Shown one piece after another: positions 19,938 through 30,080 of a stretch of 53,864 nucleotides of DNA. The translations under genes were made by a program, and so were the position numbers. Position 1 is the first letter of the stretch. Each line of letters starts with the position of its first letter. Below the pieces are notes generated by a model, which was not told the origin of the DNA, did no database searches, and was given only the letters and a program-made list of their open reading frames with translations. This DNA comes from Dehalococcoidia bacterium. Its GTDB lineage: Bacteria > Chloroflexota > Dehalococcoidia > GIF9 > AB-539-J10. The stretch is from contig PWZA01000132.1 of assembly GCA_003567655.1 (NCBI GenBank), forward strand, positions 1 to 53,864, written 5' to 3'.

Positions 19938-20066
19938 CCCGACGCAATATCGGATCACGCTGTGAATTTCGCCGTGGAAGTCTAGCTAGATGCGTCTTGA
20001 GTTAATTGGCAAAAGATGCCAAAATCAACATCAACGGCGCATTGGCTACTCCAGCAGGTCAGACGT

Positions 20067-20141
20067 TCCCCGGTAGCTCAATGGTAGAGTGGGCGGCTGT
20101 TAACCGCTTGGTTGCAGGTTCGAATCCTGCCCGGGGAGCCA
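20067..20141 (+). tRNA. tRNA-Asn (anticodon GUU), CCA encoded
   Basis: TCCCCGGTAGCTCAATGGTAGAGTGGGCGGCTGTTAACCGCTTGGTTGCAGGTTCGAATCCTGCCCGGGGAGCCA. CT-GTT-AA anticodon loop. Confidence 0.9.
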
Positions 20142-20175
20142 CTTCTACCTTGGCAAGTCGAATAGACTCACGGCA

Positions 20176-21180
20176 TCATTTGGCAAGCAGGTCCTTCAGC
20201 TTGTTGGTCAGCGCAGGCACCACCTCTTCGTATTTGCCAACCACGCCGAACTCAGCCTCCCTGAATATGTTTGCCTCAGGGTCCTTGTTGATGGCTATTA
20301 TATGCTTAGAGCTGGAGCATCCCGCCGTATGCTGACTGGCGCCTGATACAGCTATCGCAAAGTATAGGTCGGGCGCAACTATCTTTCCGGTAAGGCCAAT
20401 GTGAAGCGACTCTGGGACCCAACCATTGTCGGCGGGTGGACGCGAGGCACCCACCGCACCGTGAAGCAGATCAGCCAACTCCTTGAGAGTGGTGTGGAAG
20501 GGCTCGGCCCCCCCCAATCCCCTGCCTCCGCAGACAATCACGGGAGCATCCTCAAGCTTCATCCCCACGGCCTCTTCCTTGACAGTATCAAGTGTCTTTG
20601 TCCTCACCTTCGATATATCTATATCTACCTCGTAGGGTATAACTTCTCCCTTTCTCGAACTGTCAGGCTCAATCGGTGACATAGCTTTTGATCTGACAGT
20701 GACCATCTGAGGATATGTCTCACTGCTGAACACAGCTTGCGCATTACTGCCGTAGACGGGTTTCGTCTGCACTAGCATCTTTGTCTCAGAATCTATGCTT
20801 AGATCTATGCAGTCCGTTGATAGGCTACTACCCATTCTGAAAGCGAGGCGGGGAGCGAAGTCCCTGCCCATGAACGTCTGGCCCATCAGCACTGCGCGAG
20901 GCGAAATCTCATTAACCAGTTTCTCAGCCACCTGCATATATGAATCGGGTTCGTATTCCTTCAGTGAGGCGTGTTCTACTTTATAGACTCTGTCTGCTCC
21001 GTAGGTAACCGCCTCCTCTGCAGCCCCGCCGATCGCATCGCCAGTCAGCAGACAAGACAACTCTTGCTTAAGGTCATCGGCAAGTCCCCTGCCACATCCA
21101 AGCAACTCAGTCGTAATGGAAGCCAGCTTGCCGTTAGCCAGCTCACCGCAAACCAGTATACCTTTATGTTCAGCCATCAT
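20176..21180 (-). CDS. etfA: Electron transfer flavoprotein, alpha subunit
   Basis: 334 aa. The C-terminal FAD-binding region has VVCGGRGLG, GASRPPADNGW, QIGLTGKIVAPDLYFAIAVSGASQH and IIAINKDPEANIF. AAGGAGG ribosome-binding site. Confidence 0.92.
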   Translation of the reverse strand: MMAEHKGILVCGELANGKLASITTELLGCGRGLADDLKQELSCLLTGDAIGGAAEEAVTYGADRVYKVEHASLKEYEPDSYMQVAEKLVNEISPRAVLMGQTFMGRDFAPRLAFRMGSSLSTDCIDLSIDSETKMLVQTKPVYGSNAQAVFSSETYPQMVTVRSKAMSPIEPDSSRKGEVIPYEVDIDISKVRTKTLDTVKEEAVGMKLEDAPVIVCGGRGLGGAEPFHTTLKELADLLHGAVGASRPPADNGWVPESLHIGLTGKIVAPDLYFAIAVSGASQHTAGCSSSKHIIAINKDPEANIFREAEFGVVGKYEEVVPALTNKLKDLLAK

Positions 21181-21191
21181 TTCCTCCTTGC

Positions 21192-21992
21192 TTAAAGCAG
21201 TTTGGCTTCCCTGAGCCTAATAGCCAGATTGGCACCAGCCTCGGCGGGTGTTTCACCCTCAATGATCTCGCATTTCGCTTCTTTAACAGGCTGGAAGAGC
21301 TTGTCCAGCTGGGTCCGCCTGCCAGAACGGCCGACTTCAGATGGCTCAAGCCCTATGTCAGATGGCTTCCAGATGACAGGTTGCTTCTTTGCTGCCGCCA
21401 TTATGCCCTTCAGCGCGGCGTAACGAAGCGCTCCCAACTCGCTGGTGACAGTGATCAAGGCAGGTAGGTCTACCTCAACGGAACGATAGCCATCAGGTAT
21501 CACCTGCTCAACCTTGGCCTTCCCGTCGACCACCTCTATCTTGCGCGCCAGAGTTATAGCCGAAATCCCTAACAGTTCGGCAATGCCCAGGCCTGTCTGC
21601 CCGGCATCCCAGTCAGAGGATTGTCTGCCGCAGAGGATAATGTCGTACTCACCTATCTTCTTGATTGCGGTAGCCAAAGCGTGCGCCGTTGACCAGCTGT
21701 CGCCATCCTCAAAGGCCTCGTCCTCAAGCAAGACGAGTTCATCAGCTCCTACGGCCAATGACTTCTTGATCACATCTCGGACAAACTTGTCACCCAGACT
21801 GAGTGCAGTTATCTTGCCCCCTACAGCATCCTTGATCCTGAGGGCAGCTTCCAGGGCGAATTCCTCATACTGGCCAATCACAGGTTTTACCTCTGCAGGC
21901 CATGTCATCCTGTTGTCCGCCACCTTGAATACTGCCGGTGGAGCTTCGGGATCGGGCACCTGCTTACAGCAGACAATCATGTTCACTGGCAT
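21192..21992 (-). CDS. etfB: Electron transfer flavoprotein, beta subunit
   Basis: MIVCCKQVPDPE N-terminus and ILCGRQSSDWDAGQTG motif. Start at ATG 21992 behind GAGGAGG. Ends 11 nt before etfA. Confidence 0.9.
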   Translation of the reverse strand: MPVNMIVCCKQVPDPEAPPAVFKVADNRMTWPAEVKPVIGQYEEFALEAALRIKDAVGGKITALSLGDKFVRDVIKKSLAVGADELVLLEDEAFEDGDSWSTAHALATAIKKIGEYDIILCGRQSSDWDAGQTGLGIAELLGISAITLARKIEVVDGKAKVEQVIPDGYRSVEVDLPALITVTSELGALRYAALKGIMAAAKKQPVIWKPSDIGLEPSEVGRSGRRTQLDKLFQPVKEAKCEIIEGETPAEAGANLAIRLREAKLL

Positions 21993-22201
21993 TCCGTAAC
22001 CTCCTCGAAGATTCTTTGCAGCCAAAGAATATAATAAAACGCACCTCCAGTCAATAATCCTGACTGCCTAACTGGAGTACAGTCATAGTCTTTGCAGATC
22101 AACCAGACCCCTGTCAGGTCACTGGAGAGAGTAGCATCGATCATAGAGTAGTGATATACTCACTGCGAATTACGCAATGGCTACCAAGGGGTCGTAGAAT
22201 C

Positions 22202-22972
22202 ATGCTGCTGGCTGTGGACATCGGTAACACTAACATCAAGGCGGGTGTGTTCGACGGCGAGCAACTCAAGGCCACCTGGAATCTTGCCACCAACACTCAC
22301 TCCACTGCCGACGAGTATGGTGTAGTGCTTCTAAACCTGATGGAGCGAGAGCGAGTGCTGCCCGAGAAAATCAGCGGCGTTGTAATATGTGGCGTGGTGC
22401 CGCCGCTGCTGCACACTTTCATACTGCTATGCAAGAAATACCTGGATCTCAAACCTCTAATCGTCGAAGCGGGAATTAAGACAGGGATGCGCATCTGCCT
22501 GGATAACCCTCGCGAGGTTGGTCCCGATCGGGTTGTGGGCGCAGTGGCGGCACAGAATCTCTACGGCAGACCGCTTACAGTTATAGACCTCGGCACCGCT
22601 ACCACGTTTGATGTAGTTTCCGAGGATGGTGACTATCTTGGCGGCGCGATTGCGCCGGGCATCGCGATAGCAAGTGAGGCCCTATTTGCCCGTACCGCCG
22701 TGCTGCCCAGAATAGAGTTGACCCGCCCAAGACAGGTGATAGGCAGGAACACAATCGCTGCCATGCAATCAGGTATAATATTCGGGTACATCGATCTCAT
22801 CGAGGGTATGATTCGAAGAATAGAGCAGGAATTGGGGAGCAAGGTAACGGTGGTAGCGACCGGCGGCCAGGCCTACCCCTTTGCGGAGGAGATTGCGGCT
22901 ATAGACGTGGTGAATCCCAACTTGACCCTGATCGGATTGCGGCTCCTATATGAGATGAACAGGGAAAGATGA
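22202..22972 (+). CDS. coaX: Type III pantothenate kinase
   Basis: MLLAVDIGNTNIKAGVF N-terminus, VIDLGTATTFD and VVATGG motifs. ATG 22202 preferred. Confidence 0.9.
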   Translation: MLLAVDIGNTNIKAGVFDGEQLKATWNLATNTHSTADEYGVVLLNLMERERVLPEKISGVVICGVVPPLLHTFILLCKKYLDLKPLIVEAGIKTGMRICLDNPREVGPDRVVGAVAAQNLYGRPLTVIDLGTATTFDVVSEDGDYLGGAIAPGIAIASEALFARTAVLPRIELTRPRQVIGRNTIAAMQSGIIFGYIDLIEGMIRRIEQELGSKVTVVATGGQAYPFAEEIAAIDVVNPNLTLIGLRLLYEMNRER

Positions 22973-24171
22973 TGCTTAAAGATAAGACTGTAGTATTAGG
23001 GATAACGGGGAGCATCGCTGCCTACAAGGCTGCTGAGCTTGCCAGTCGCCTTACCCAGGCAGGTGCAAGAGTGCACACCGTTATGACCAAGGATGCAATC
23101 CAGTTCATATCACCGATCACATTTCGTGCGCTTACCGGCAGACCGGTGGTCACCGAGATGTTCGATCTGGCCTCTGAGTACAGCATTGAGCACGTCTCTC
23201 TGGCCAAGGCGGCCGACATAGTGGTCATTGCTCCTGCCACGGCTAACACTATCGCCAAGCTGGCGGCTGGTATCGCAGATGACATGCTGTGCTGCACCGT
23301 GCTGGCGACACGGGCGCCGGTTGTCATAGCTCCCGCCATGGAGACCGACATGTACAACAGTCCGGTTACTCAGGACAATCTGCTTGAGCTTAAAGCTCGT
23401 GATTTTGTGATTGTCGGTCCCGCTGCGGGTTGGCTGGCCTCCGGAAGGGACGGCCTAGGACGACTTTCGGATATCAAGGATGTACTGGGTAGCGTTCGCC
23501 TGATTTTGGGTAGAGATGGCGACCTGTGCTGCAAGCACATAGTTGTTACCGCAGGCGGTACGCAGGAGCCCATTGACCCTGTGCGCTACATCGCCAATCA
23601 GTCATCAGGGAAGATGGGTTTTGCCCTGGCTGAGGCAGCCCTTGACCGCGGTGCCAGGGTCTCCTTGATCGCCACCCCCACTATGTTGGATGAGCCATCG
23701 GGCATTGAGGTTACGAGGGTAGCTACTGCTGAGCAGATGCTCAAAGCAGTCGAGTCTGCGATGACCGGGGCAGATCCCCTTATTATTGCAGCTGCGGTAG
23801 CTGATTATCGTCCGAAAGGCACAAAGGCGGAGAAGATCAAGAGGAGAGGTGGGGGGTTGACTCTGGAACTGGAATGCACCAGGGATATTCTAGGCACCGT
23901 CAAAGGTAGCTTCGTCAGAGTAGGATTCGCAGCCGAGAGCAGCAACATAGTAGAGAATGCGAAGGAGAAGTTGGGACCTAAGGATCTCGACCTTATCGTA
24001 GCCAATGACATTACCGCCGAGGATAGTGGATTCGGCTGCGATACCAATCAGGTTACGATAATCAGCAGAGACGGAGGGATCGATGCATTACCTCTGTTAA
24101 CCAAGCGGGAAGTGGCCGATAAGATTCTTGATAAGGTTGTGCAGCTCTTTGTTCAGCCGGAACCCCGATGA
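22969..24171 (+). CDS. coaBC: Bifunctional phosphopantothenoylcysteine decarboxylase / phosphopantothenate-cysteine ligase
   Basis: 400 aa. Flavoprotein domain (VLGITGSIAAYKAAEL, PAMETDMY) plus DFP/CoaB domain (ITAGGTQEPIDPVRYIANQSSGKMG, AAAVADYRP). ATGA overlap with coaX. Confidence 0.92.
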   Translation: MMLKDKTVVLGITGSIAAYKAAELASRLTQAGARVHTVMTKDAIQFISPITFRALTGRPVVTEMFDLASEYSIEHVSLAKAADIVVIAPATANTIAKLAAGIADDMLCCTVLATRAPVVIAPAMETDMYNSPVTQDNLLELKARDFVIVGPAAGWLASGRDGLGRLSDIKDVLGSVRLILGRDGDLCCKHIVVTAGGTQEPIDPVRYIANQSSGKMGFALAEAALDRGARVSLIATPTMLDEPSGIEVTRVATAEQMLKAVESAMTGADPLIIAAAVADYRPKGTKAEKIKRRGGGLTLELECTRDILGTVKGSFVRVGFAAESSNIVENAKEKLGPKDLDLIVANDITAEDSGFGCDTNQVTIISRDGGIDALPLLTKREVADKILDKVVQLFVQPEPR

Positions 24172-24262
24172 TTTTCGCGGGCACCCGGTTCAGAGCTACG
24201 GGTGTTTCGGACGGAGGTGTCTTCCGGCGACCGGTCAATACATATGAGAGGTCTATAAGCTA

Positions 24263-26914
24263 ATGCCGGAGATTCCCAAAGCATATCAGCCAGGTAATAT
24301 AGAGAGGAAGTGGTATGACCTGTGGCTTGAACGTGGCTATTTCACTCCCGACCTAGATCCTGACAAGCAACCATTTGTCATCGTTATGCCGCTGCCTAAT
24401 GTCACAGGAGATCTCCACCTAGGCCATGCTCTATTCGTAACCCTGCAGGACATTATGGCCAGATGGCACCGGATGAGGGGAGAGCCTACCCTCTGGTTGC
24501 CTGGAACCGACCACGCCGGAATTGCTACTCACGTCGTGATCGAACGGCGACTGGCAAAGCAGGGCAAGACTAAGGAGGATATAGGTCGGGATGAGTTCAC
24601 AAGGATGATCTGGGAATGGGCCGAGAAGAACAGGGCTGATATAAGGGGCCAGCTTCAGTCCATTGGGGCCTCCTGTGACTGGTCACGAGATCAATTCACG
24701 CTTGATGAGAGGCCGAGCAGGGCGGTAAGAACGACCTTTGTGCAGTTGTATGACAAGGGATTGATCTACCGCGGAGAGAGGATGATAAACTGGTGTCCTC
24801 GCTGCCGTACTGCTCTGTCTGATCTCGAGGTTGAGCACGAGGAAACTGCCGGGCATCTCTACCATATTCGCTATGCCCTCGAAGAGCATGAGGCCTTCAT
24901 AGCTGTAGCCACTACACGCCCGGAGACCTTCCTCGGCGACACCGCTGTGGCTGTGAATCCTGAGGACGAGCGCTACAAAGACATCATAGGTAAGAAGGTC
25001 GTTCTTCCCATCATAGATAGAGTCATCCCCATAATCGCTGACCCTGCCGTTGATGCATCCTTCGGCACCGGGGCACTGAAGATCACTCCCTCACATGATC
25101 CGACAGACCTGGAGATAGCCCGCAGGCATGATCTTCCCCTGGTCAACGTCATGAATCTTGATGCTAGTATGAATGAGAACTCCGGTCCTTACCGAGGACT
25201 GGACCGGCTTGCCTGTCGGGATCGCATACTGGCCGACCTGAAGGCTATGAATCTCCTGGACAAGATCGATCCTTATTCCCATTCGGTGGGTCATTGTTGC
25301 CGTTGCCAGACGATGGTTGAACCCAACGTCAGTATGCAGTGGTTTGTCCGAACAAAGCCCTTGGCGGAGCCGGCCATTGAGGCCGTTAGAGATGGCAGAG
25401 TCAAGATAATACCGGGGCGGTTCACCAAGACGTATTACGACTGGATGGAGAACATCAGGGATTGGTGCATTAGCAGGCAACTGTGGTGGGGACATCGTAT
25501 TCCCGTCTGGTATTGCCAGGACTGTATGCAGGTTAGCGTGTCAGCAGACGACTTAAGAACGTGCTCCCATTGTGGTTCGCAACAGATAACCCAGGATCCG
25601 GATGTTCTTGACACATGGTTTAGCTCTGCACTGTGGACGCATTCTACGCTCGGTTGGCCCGATGATACGGATGACCTGCGTTACTTTTACCCTGGGTCGG
25701 TAATGGAAACTGGCTATGACATCCTCTTCCTGTGGGTCGCGCGGATGATCATGATGGGTCTGGAGAACATGGGCGACATACCGTTCCATACAGTGTACCT
25801 TCACGGACTGATCAGGAGTACTAGTGGAGAGAAGCTGAGCAGGAGCAAGCTGCAGGCTAACGCCATGAGCCCGTCCGAGCCTATAAGCGTCTATGGTGTC
25901 GATGCGCTTCGGTTTGCTCTAACTTCCGGGACTACGCCGGGTAATGATATGAGCCTGGGTGAGGACAGATTGGAGGCCGGCCGCAATTTCGTCAATAAAC
26001 TGTGGAACGCTTCCCGCTTCATCCTCCGAGCCATGAATGATGGAATACCCGAGCCTCTAGAGGAAAAGGCTCTGCCGCACACGATAGAGGACCGATGGAT
26101 TGTGAGCCAGCTCGCCAGACTGGCAAGGACCGTAAACCAGTTGATGGAAGATTTCCAGTTTGGCGAAGCGGAACAACAGATATACGAGTTTGTGTGGTCG
26201 ACGTTCTGTGACTGGTATATTGAGATGGCCAAGGTACGACTACGTAGCGAGTCAACCCCCTCGCCATTGCCGTTCCTGGCCAGCATACTGGAGGTATCCC
26301 TGCGTTTCCTGCATCCGTTTATGCCTTTCGTAACCGAGGAGCTGTGGCAGGGTTTGAAGGAGCGATTGCCCGCAAAGCATCAGATGCCCGACTCCATTAT
26401 GATAGCTCCTTTCCCCGTTCCTGATGATGCGGCCATTGCGTCCGAGGCGGAGCGTGTGATGGACTCGGTTATTGATATAGTCCGCTCCATCCGCAATGCA
26501 CGGGCACAATACAAGGTAGCGCCGGGTAAGTTGATCGAGGCACGGGTCTACACCGATGAACTACTGTCCAGCCTTATCGCCGAAGCAGATACCATTGAAG
26601 CCCTTGCCAGAGTTCGGCCTCTGAGTATACTCAGTCGTAGCGAAAGGGAACCCACAGAAGAGAAGGCGGTCGCTCTGGTGCTGAAAGAGGCCGAGGTTGT
26701 ATTGCCATTGGCAGGCATGGTCGACCAGGCAGTCGAGCGTCAGCGGATTCTGAAGGAAAGCGAGGATGTACGGTCAAGGATCGCTCATCTTGATGCCAGA
26801 CTGAAGGATCCCTCCTTCCTGAACAAAGCGCCTACAGAGGTCGTCAACAAGGAGAGGGAGAAGCTTGTCACCCTCAAGAGCAAGCTTGGCAGGCTGCTTC
26901 AGGAGTTGTCCTGA
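24263..26914 (+). CDS. valS: Valine--tRNA ligase
   Basis: 883 aa. PNVTGDLHLGHA (HIGH) motif, a KLSRS sequence at the KMSKS-loop position, an editing-domain insert and a C-terminal coiled coil. Confidence 0.95.
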   Translation: MPEIPKAYQPGNIERKWYDLWLERGYFTPDLDPDKQPFVIVMPLPNVTGDLHLGHALFVTLQDIMARWHRMRGEPTLWLPGTDHAGIATHVVIERRLAKQGKTKEDIGRDEFTRMIWEWAEKNRADIRGQLQSIGASCDWSRDQFTLDERPSRAVRTTFVQLYDKGLIYRGERMINWCPRCRTALSDLEVEHEETAGHLYHIRYALEEHEAFIAVATTRPETFLGDTAVAVNPEDERYKDIIGKKVVLPIIDRVIPIIADPAVDASFGTGALKITPSHDPTDLEIARRHDLPLVNVMNLDASMNENSGPYRGLDRLACRDRILADLKAMNLLDKIDPYSHSVGHCCRCQTMVEPNVSMQWFVRTKPLAEPAIEAVRDGRVKIIPGRFTKTYYDWMENIRDWCISRQLWWGHRIPVWYCQDCMQVSVSADDLRTCSHCGSQQITQDPDVLDTWFSSALWTHSTLGWPDDTDDLRYFYPGSVMETGYDILFLWVARMIMMGLENMGDIPFHTVYLHGLIRSTSGEKLSRSKLQANAMSPSEPISVYGVDALRFALTSGTTPGNDMSLGEDRLEAGRNFVNKLWNASRFILRAMNDGIPEPLEEKALPHTIEDRWIVSQLARLARTVNQLMEDFQFGEAEQQIYEFVWSTFCDWYIEMAKVRLRSESTPSPLPFLASILEVSLRFLHPFMPFVTEELWQGLKERLPAKHQMPDSIMIAPFPVPDDAAIASEAERVMDSVIDIVRSIRNARAQYKVAPGKLIEARVYTDELLSSLIAEADTIEALARVRPLSILSRSEREPTEEKAVALVLKEAEVVLPLAGMVDQAVERQRILKESEDVRSRIAHLDARLKDPSFLNKAPTEVVNKEREKLVTLKSKLGRLLQELS

Positions 26915-27055
26915 ATCGGGTCCCTGCTGCTCGTCTCCCATTGCCGGACGTCTAACGAGGCATATCCTTGCCAGCCCCGGCAGAAGACCAAACAGTTCTG
27001 ATGCGGAGGCCGTCTGTGTTTTGTGATGATAGTCTGCTGATTTACGCGAGTCTTC

Positions 27056-27778
27056 TCAGTGCCCGGGTTTGAGCTCCTGTGCTGCTAAACGTCCGTGAGT
27101 TTTACCTTTCACTCTCATCTCCTGCTGCAGCTTTCTAATCGCCTTCCCGGTGTCGCTGGCGAGACATGACTTCTCACTTCTTCTTACGCGCCTCTTGAAC
27201 AACCAGTAGGTGAACTCATCCAGGTGCGGAAGACTAATGGACCGAAGGTGCGGATAACGCCTCTCCTTTCTGAATTCCTTCAGAAGCGCAGCACGATCTG
27301 CACCGTAAACACGACTGTAGGCCTCGTCTACGACACCATCGTCGCTGCTCACGCCTGAAACTCTCCTCTCTTTGCGCACCTCCTCAGTGACGGCCAGGAG
27401 GAGAAACTGCTCCAGCAGTACGCCATAGAAGTAATTGAGGTGAGTTCGATACTTATGTGCGCCGATGAAATCCTTGAACTCGGTTGCGGGCACTTCTACA
27501 GGTGGCGTGTGGAAGAAGAGCAGTTCCATGCGCTCCTTATCCGGAATAAGCCCATCTAGCTCCTCACACAGTCTCTCGGCGAGGGTCAGCCAGTCGAAGG
27601 CTTCGTCGTCTATCAGGTACCGATAATGCCGCCCCTCATAGTACTCCTCAGAACTGCTCCATAGACCTATGGCCTCCAGGAGCGCAGCATACCAATGCTT
27701 GCCCTCCGCGACTGCGCTCTTCAGCATCCTGATCGCCTGAGTATCGCTACGAGACATCTCTGTATCATTCATAACCAT
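27056..27778 (-). CDS. Hypothetical protein (no recognisable family)
   Basis: The ORF has coding-like composition. I prefer the start at ATG 27778 (MVMNDTEMSR), because the ORF-track N-terminus overlaps the upstream HAD gene. It lies directly downstream of the HAD gene on the same strand. Confidence 0.5.
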   Translation of the reverse strand: MVMNDTEMSRSDTQAIRMLKSAVAEGKHWYAALLEAIGLWSSSEEYYEGRHYRYLIDDEAFDWLTLAERLCEELDGLIPDKERMELLFFHTPPVEVPATEFKDFIGAHKYRTHLNYFYGVLLEQFLLLAVTEEVRKERRVSGVSSDDGVVDEAYSRVYGADRAALLKEFRKERRYPHLRSISLPHLDEFTYWLFKRRVRRSEKSCLASDTGKAIRKLQQEMRVKGKTHGRLAAQELKPGH

Positions 27779-27872
27779 GTATAGGAGCCGACTCCATATT
27801 ATAGCCCTGGTGGATAGGAGTCTCAATGGTGGCCGATGGTGCTTAGATCTGTGTAATCGGCAACGGACAGGG

Positions 27873-28508
27873 CTAACGGGGAGATAACAGAAGGTCCGCA
27901 AGCTGTGTCAAACTCTCTAAGGACTGCTCCTCTCGGGTTGCTGACCTGTCAAGATGAAAGGCATTCATACCGGCCAGCCCGGAGTTGATGAAATCAAACT
28001 CCCAGTTATCACCGATATGTATTACCTGTTCCGGGCTGACTCCCATCTCCCGGCATATCCAGAGGTAGAAATCGGGGTTCTTCAACTGCTTGAAATGGGA
28101 CACGGCGGAGAAGACACGAACAAAATAGGGCTCAATATCCTGCAACAGGAAGTGAAGCATTTCCCTCGGTGTGCATGATGAGACTACGAGCCTGTACTCG
28201 GTAGCTAAGGCCGTAAGAACCTCGGTAACCTCAGGATAGTGGGCTATTGCGCCCAGACAACTCCGTATTACAGGTTCTGGATCTCCAAGGCCGAGGTAGT
28301 TGAACCAGTACTCTATGTCGTACCATTCAAGTCTGTGTTGGCCAACTCTGTCATACTCCTCATATACGAGTTGTCTGGCATCACTGAGGTCAAGTCCTCT
28401 GGTGGCGGCACACAGCTTCGGAATCGCCTCGTGCCATATTGCGTGGCTGAATTCCGTGGTCACCATTGTACCCTCGGCATCAAAGGACACGATCTTGACT
28501 CCCTTCAT
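27873..28508 (-). CDS. HAD-superfamily hydrolase
   Basis: Motif I is VSFDAEGTM (D-x-E variant of DxD). The C-terminal motif is IHIGDNWEFDF. Start at ATG 28508 (MKGVKIV). Confidence 0.7.
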   Translation of the reverse strand: MKGVKIVSFDAEGTMVTTEFSHAIWHEAIPKLCAATRGLDLSDARQLVYEEYDRVGQHRLEWYDIEYWFNYLGLGDPEPVIRSCLGAIAHYPEVTEVLTALATEYRLVVSSCTPREMLHFLLQDIEPYFVRVFSAVSHFKQLKNPDFYLWICREMGVSPEQVIHIGDNWEFDFINSGLAGMNAFHLDRSATREEQSLESLTQLADLLLSPR

Positions 28509-28586
28509 AGCGACTGTCGATACTAGCATGCCGGCCGGGGCAATGTCCATTTGCCCGGTACCCACGGCCGGGCTACAATAGGCAGA

Positions 28587-29750
28587 ATGGTGAGTCAACC
28601 GATTGCAGCCAAGCTGAAACGATCATTCGAGCTCGGCCCGATAAGACCTCCGAGTGAGGCTTACTCCCTGTTGATAAGAGCGACCCGAAACTGTCCCTGG
28701 AACAGATGTCGATTCTGCCCTGTGTACAGGGGCACAAGGTTCGAGCTGAGGTCCGTAGCGGACATCCTGAACGACATCGAGGCCGCTAGGGTCATCAGCG
28801 ATGGTATCAGGGAGATGGCCTGGACGATGGGCCATGGCGATAAGGTGAGAGAGGTAGCAGCGCAGCTCTATAATCAGCCCGCCTACGGGCAGTGTGTCAG
28901 TAACGTCGCTTTGTGGTTGCTGACTGGCGGAAGGTCCGCCTTTCTGCAGGATTCCAACACCCTCATCATGCGCACTCATGAACTTGCCCAGGTATTAGTT
29001 GCCCTGAGAGAGGCCTTTCCCGGGCTGCACAGGGTTACCACTTACGGCCGATCACATACAGCCAGGAGGAAGTCTCTTAGCGATTTGAAAGAACTCAAAG
29101 AAGCTGGATTGGACAGAGTTCATATCGGACTTGAGACCGGCTATGACCCCTTGTTGACCTATATGGAGAAGGGCTGTACAGCTCAAGATCACATTGAGGG
29201 TGGGCGCAGGGTGAAAGAGGCAGGCATTTCATTGTGCGAGTATGTCATGCCGGGGCTTGGCGGCAAGAAGATGTCTCAACAACACGCCCGCGAGACAGCA
29301 TCGGTTTTGAACCAGATCGACCCCGACTACATAAGGCTGCGCAGCCTGCACGTCTCTCCGACAATGGCCCTCTGGGAAGGGATGAAAGGGGGCGACTTTC
29401 AGCTTCAAACAGAGGACGAGGTAGTCGAAGAAATTGGTGTCCTGATCGAAAACCTCGAGGTCAACAGCTATCTTAAGAGTGACCATACGCTCAACCTGCT
29501 TATGGAGGTCAAGGGGAAACTGCCTGACGACAGGGAGAAGTGCCTCGACACAGTGCATCGTTATCTCTCTCTGCCCGACGAGGAGAGGCTTAACTTCCAA
29601 TTCGGCAGAAGGGCCGGCTACTACAGCAGTCTGGCCGACCTTGCTGATAGCTATAAGTATGGTGTTGTAGCTCAGGCTATGGAACGCCTCGGAGTAGAGG
29701 CAGCTAACGCTGAGGATGCGTTATTCCAGTTGAAGAACAGTTTCATATAA
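28587..29750 (+). CDS. Radical SAM domain protein (cluster motif spaced CX4CX2C)
   Basis: IRPPSEAYSLLIRATRNCPWNRCRFCPVY, followed by TIM-barrel-like GLDRVHIGLETG. Start at ATG 28587. Divergent from the HAD gene. Confidence 0.75.
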   Translation: MVSQPIAAKLKRSFELGPIRPPSEAYSLLIRATRNCPWNRCRFCPVYRGTRFELRSVADILNDIEAARVISDGIREMAWTMGHGDKVREVAAQLYNQPAYGQCVSNVALWLLTGGRSAFLQDSNTLIMRTHELAQVLVALREAFPGLHRVTTYGRSHTARRKSLSDLKELKEAGLDRVHIGLETGYDPLLTYMEKGCTAQDHIEGGRRVKEAGISLCEYVMPGLGGKKMSQQHARETASVLNQIDPDYIRLRSLHVSPTMALWEGMKGGDFQLQTEDEVVEEIGVLIENLEVNSYLKSDHTLNLLMEVKGKLPDDREKCLDTVHRYLSLPDEERLNFQFGRRAGYYSSLADLADSYKYGVVAQAMERLGVEAANAEDALFQLKNSFI

Positions 29751-29783
29751 CGAGCACACGTGCTCGGTCGCGGGGTGTGGAAG

Positions 29784-30062
29784 CTATTCCTGTCTCGTGT
29801 TCTGCTCTACATCTATAAGCAGGTGAAAGAGTTCCCTGGACGCAAGCAGGAACAACCAGACCAGGAATGAGCCTATGAACCCGGCGATCATAACCATTGC
29901 CCCTAGCAAGATATTGACAAAGGGAAAGTCCAGCATCTCACCCATCGTCATCCCTATAATGATACCGTTACCTATGGACCCGATGATGCCGAGTACCAGC
30001 GCTACCCAACCCAGCACCCTCAGAACACCTGCGGCGAACCTTAGAAAAGGATACCTTTGCAT
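29784..30062 (-). CDS. Small integral membrane protein
   Basis: 92 aa with two or three hydrophobic helices (VLGWVALVLGIIGSIGNGIIIG, ILLGAMVMIAGFIGSFLVWLFLL) and a polar C-terminal tail. Confidence 0.6.
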   Translation of the reverse strand: MQRYPFLRFAAGVLRVLGWVALVLGIIGSIGNGIIIGMTMGEMLDFPFVNILLGAMVMIAGFIGSFLVWLFLLASRELFHLLIDVEQNTRQE

Positions 30063-30080
30063 CTTGCCTCCTTTATCCGT

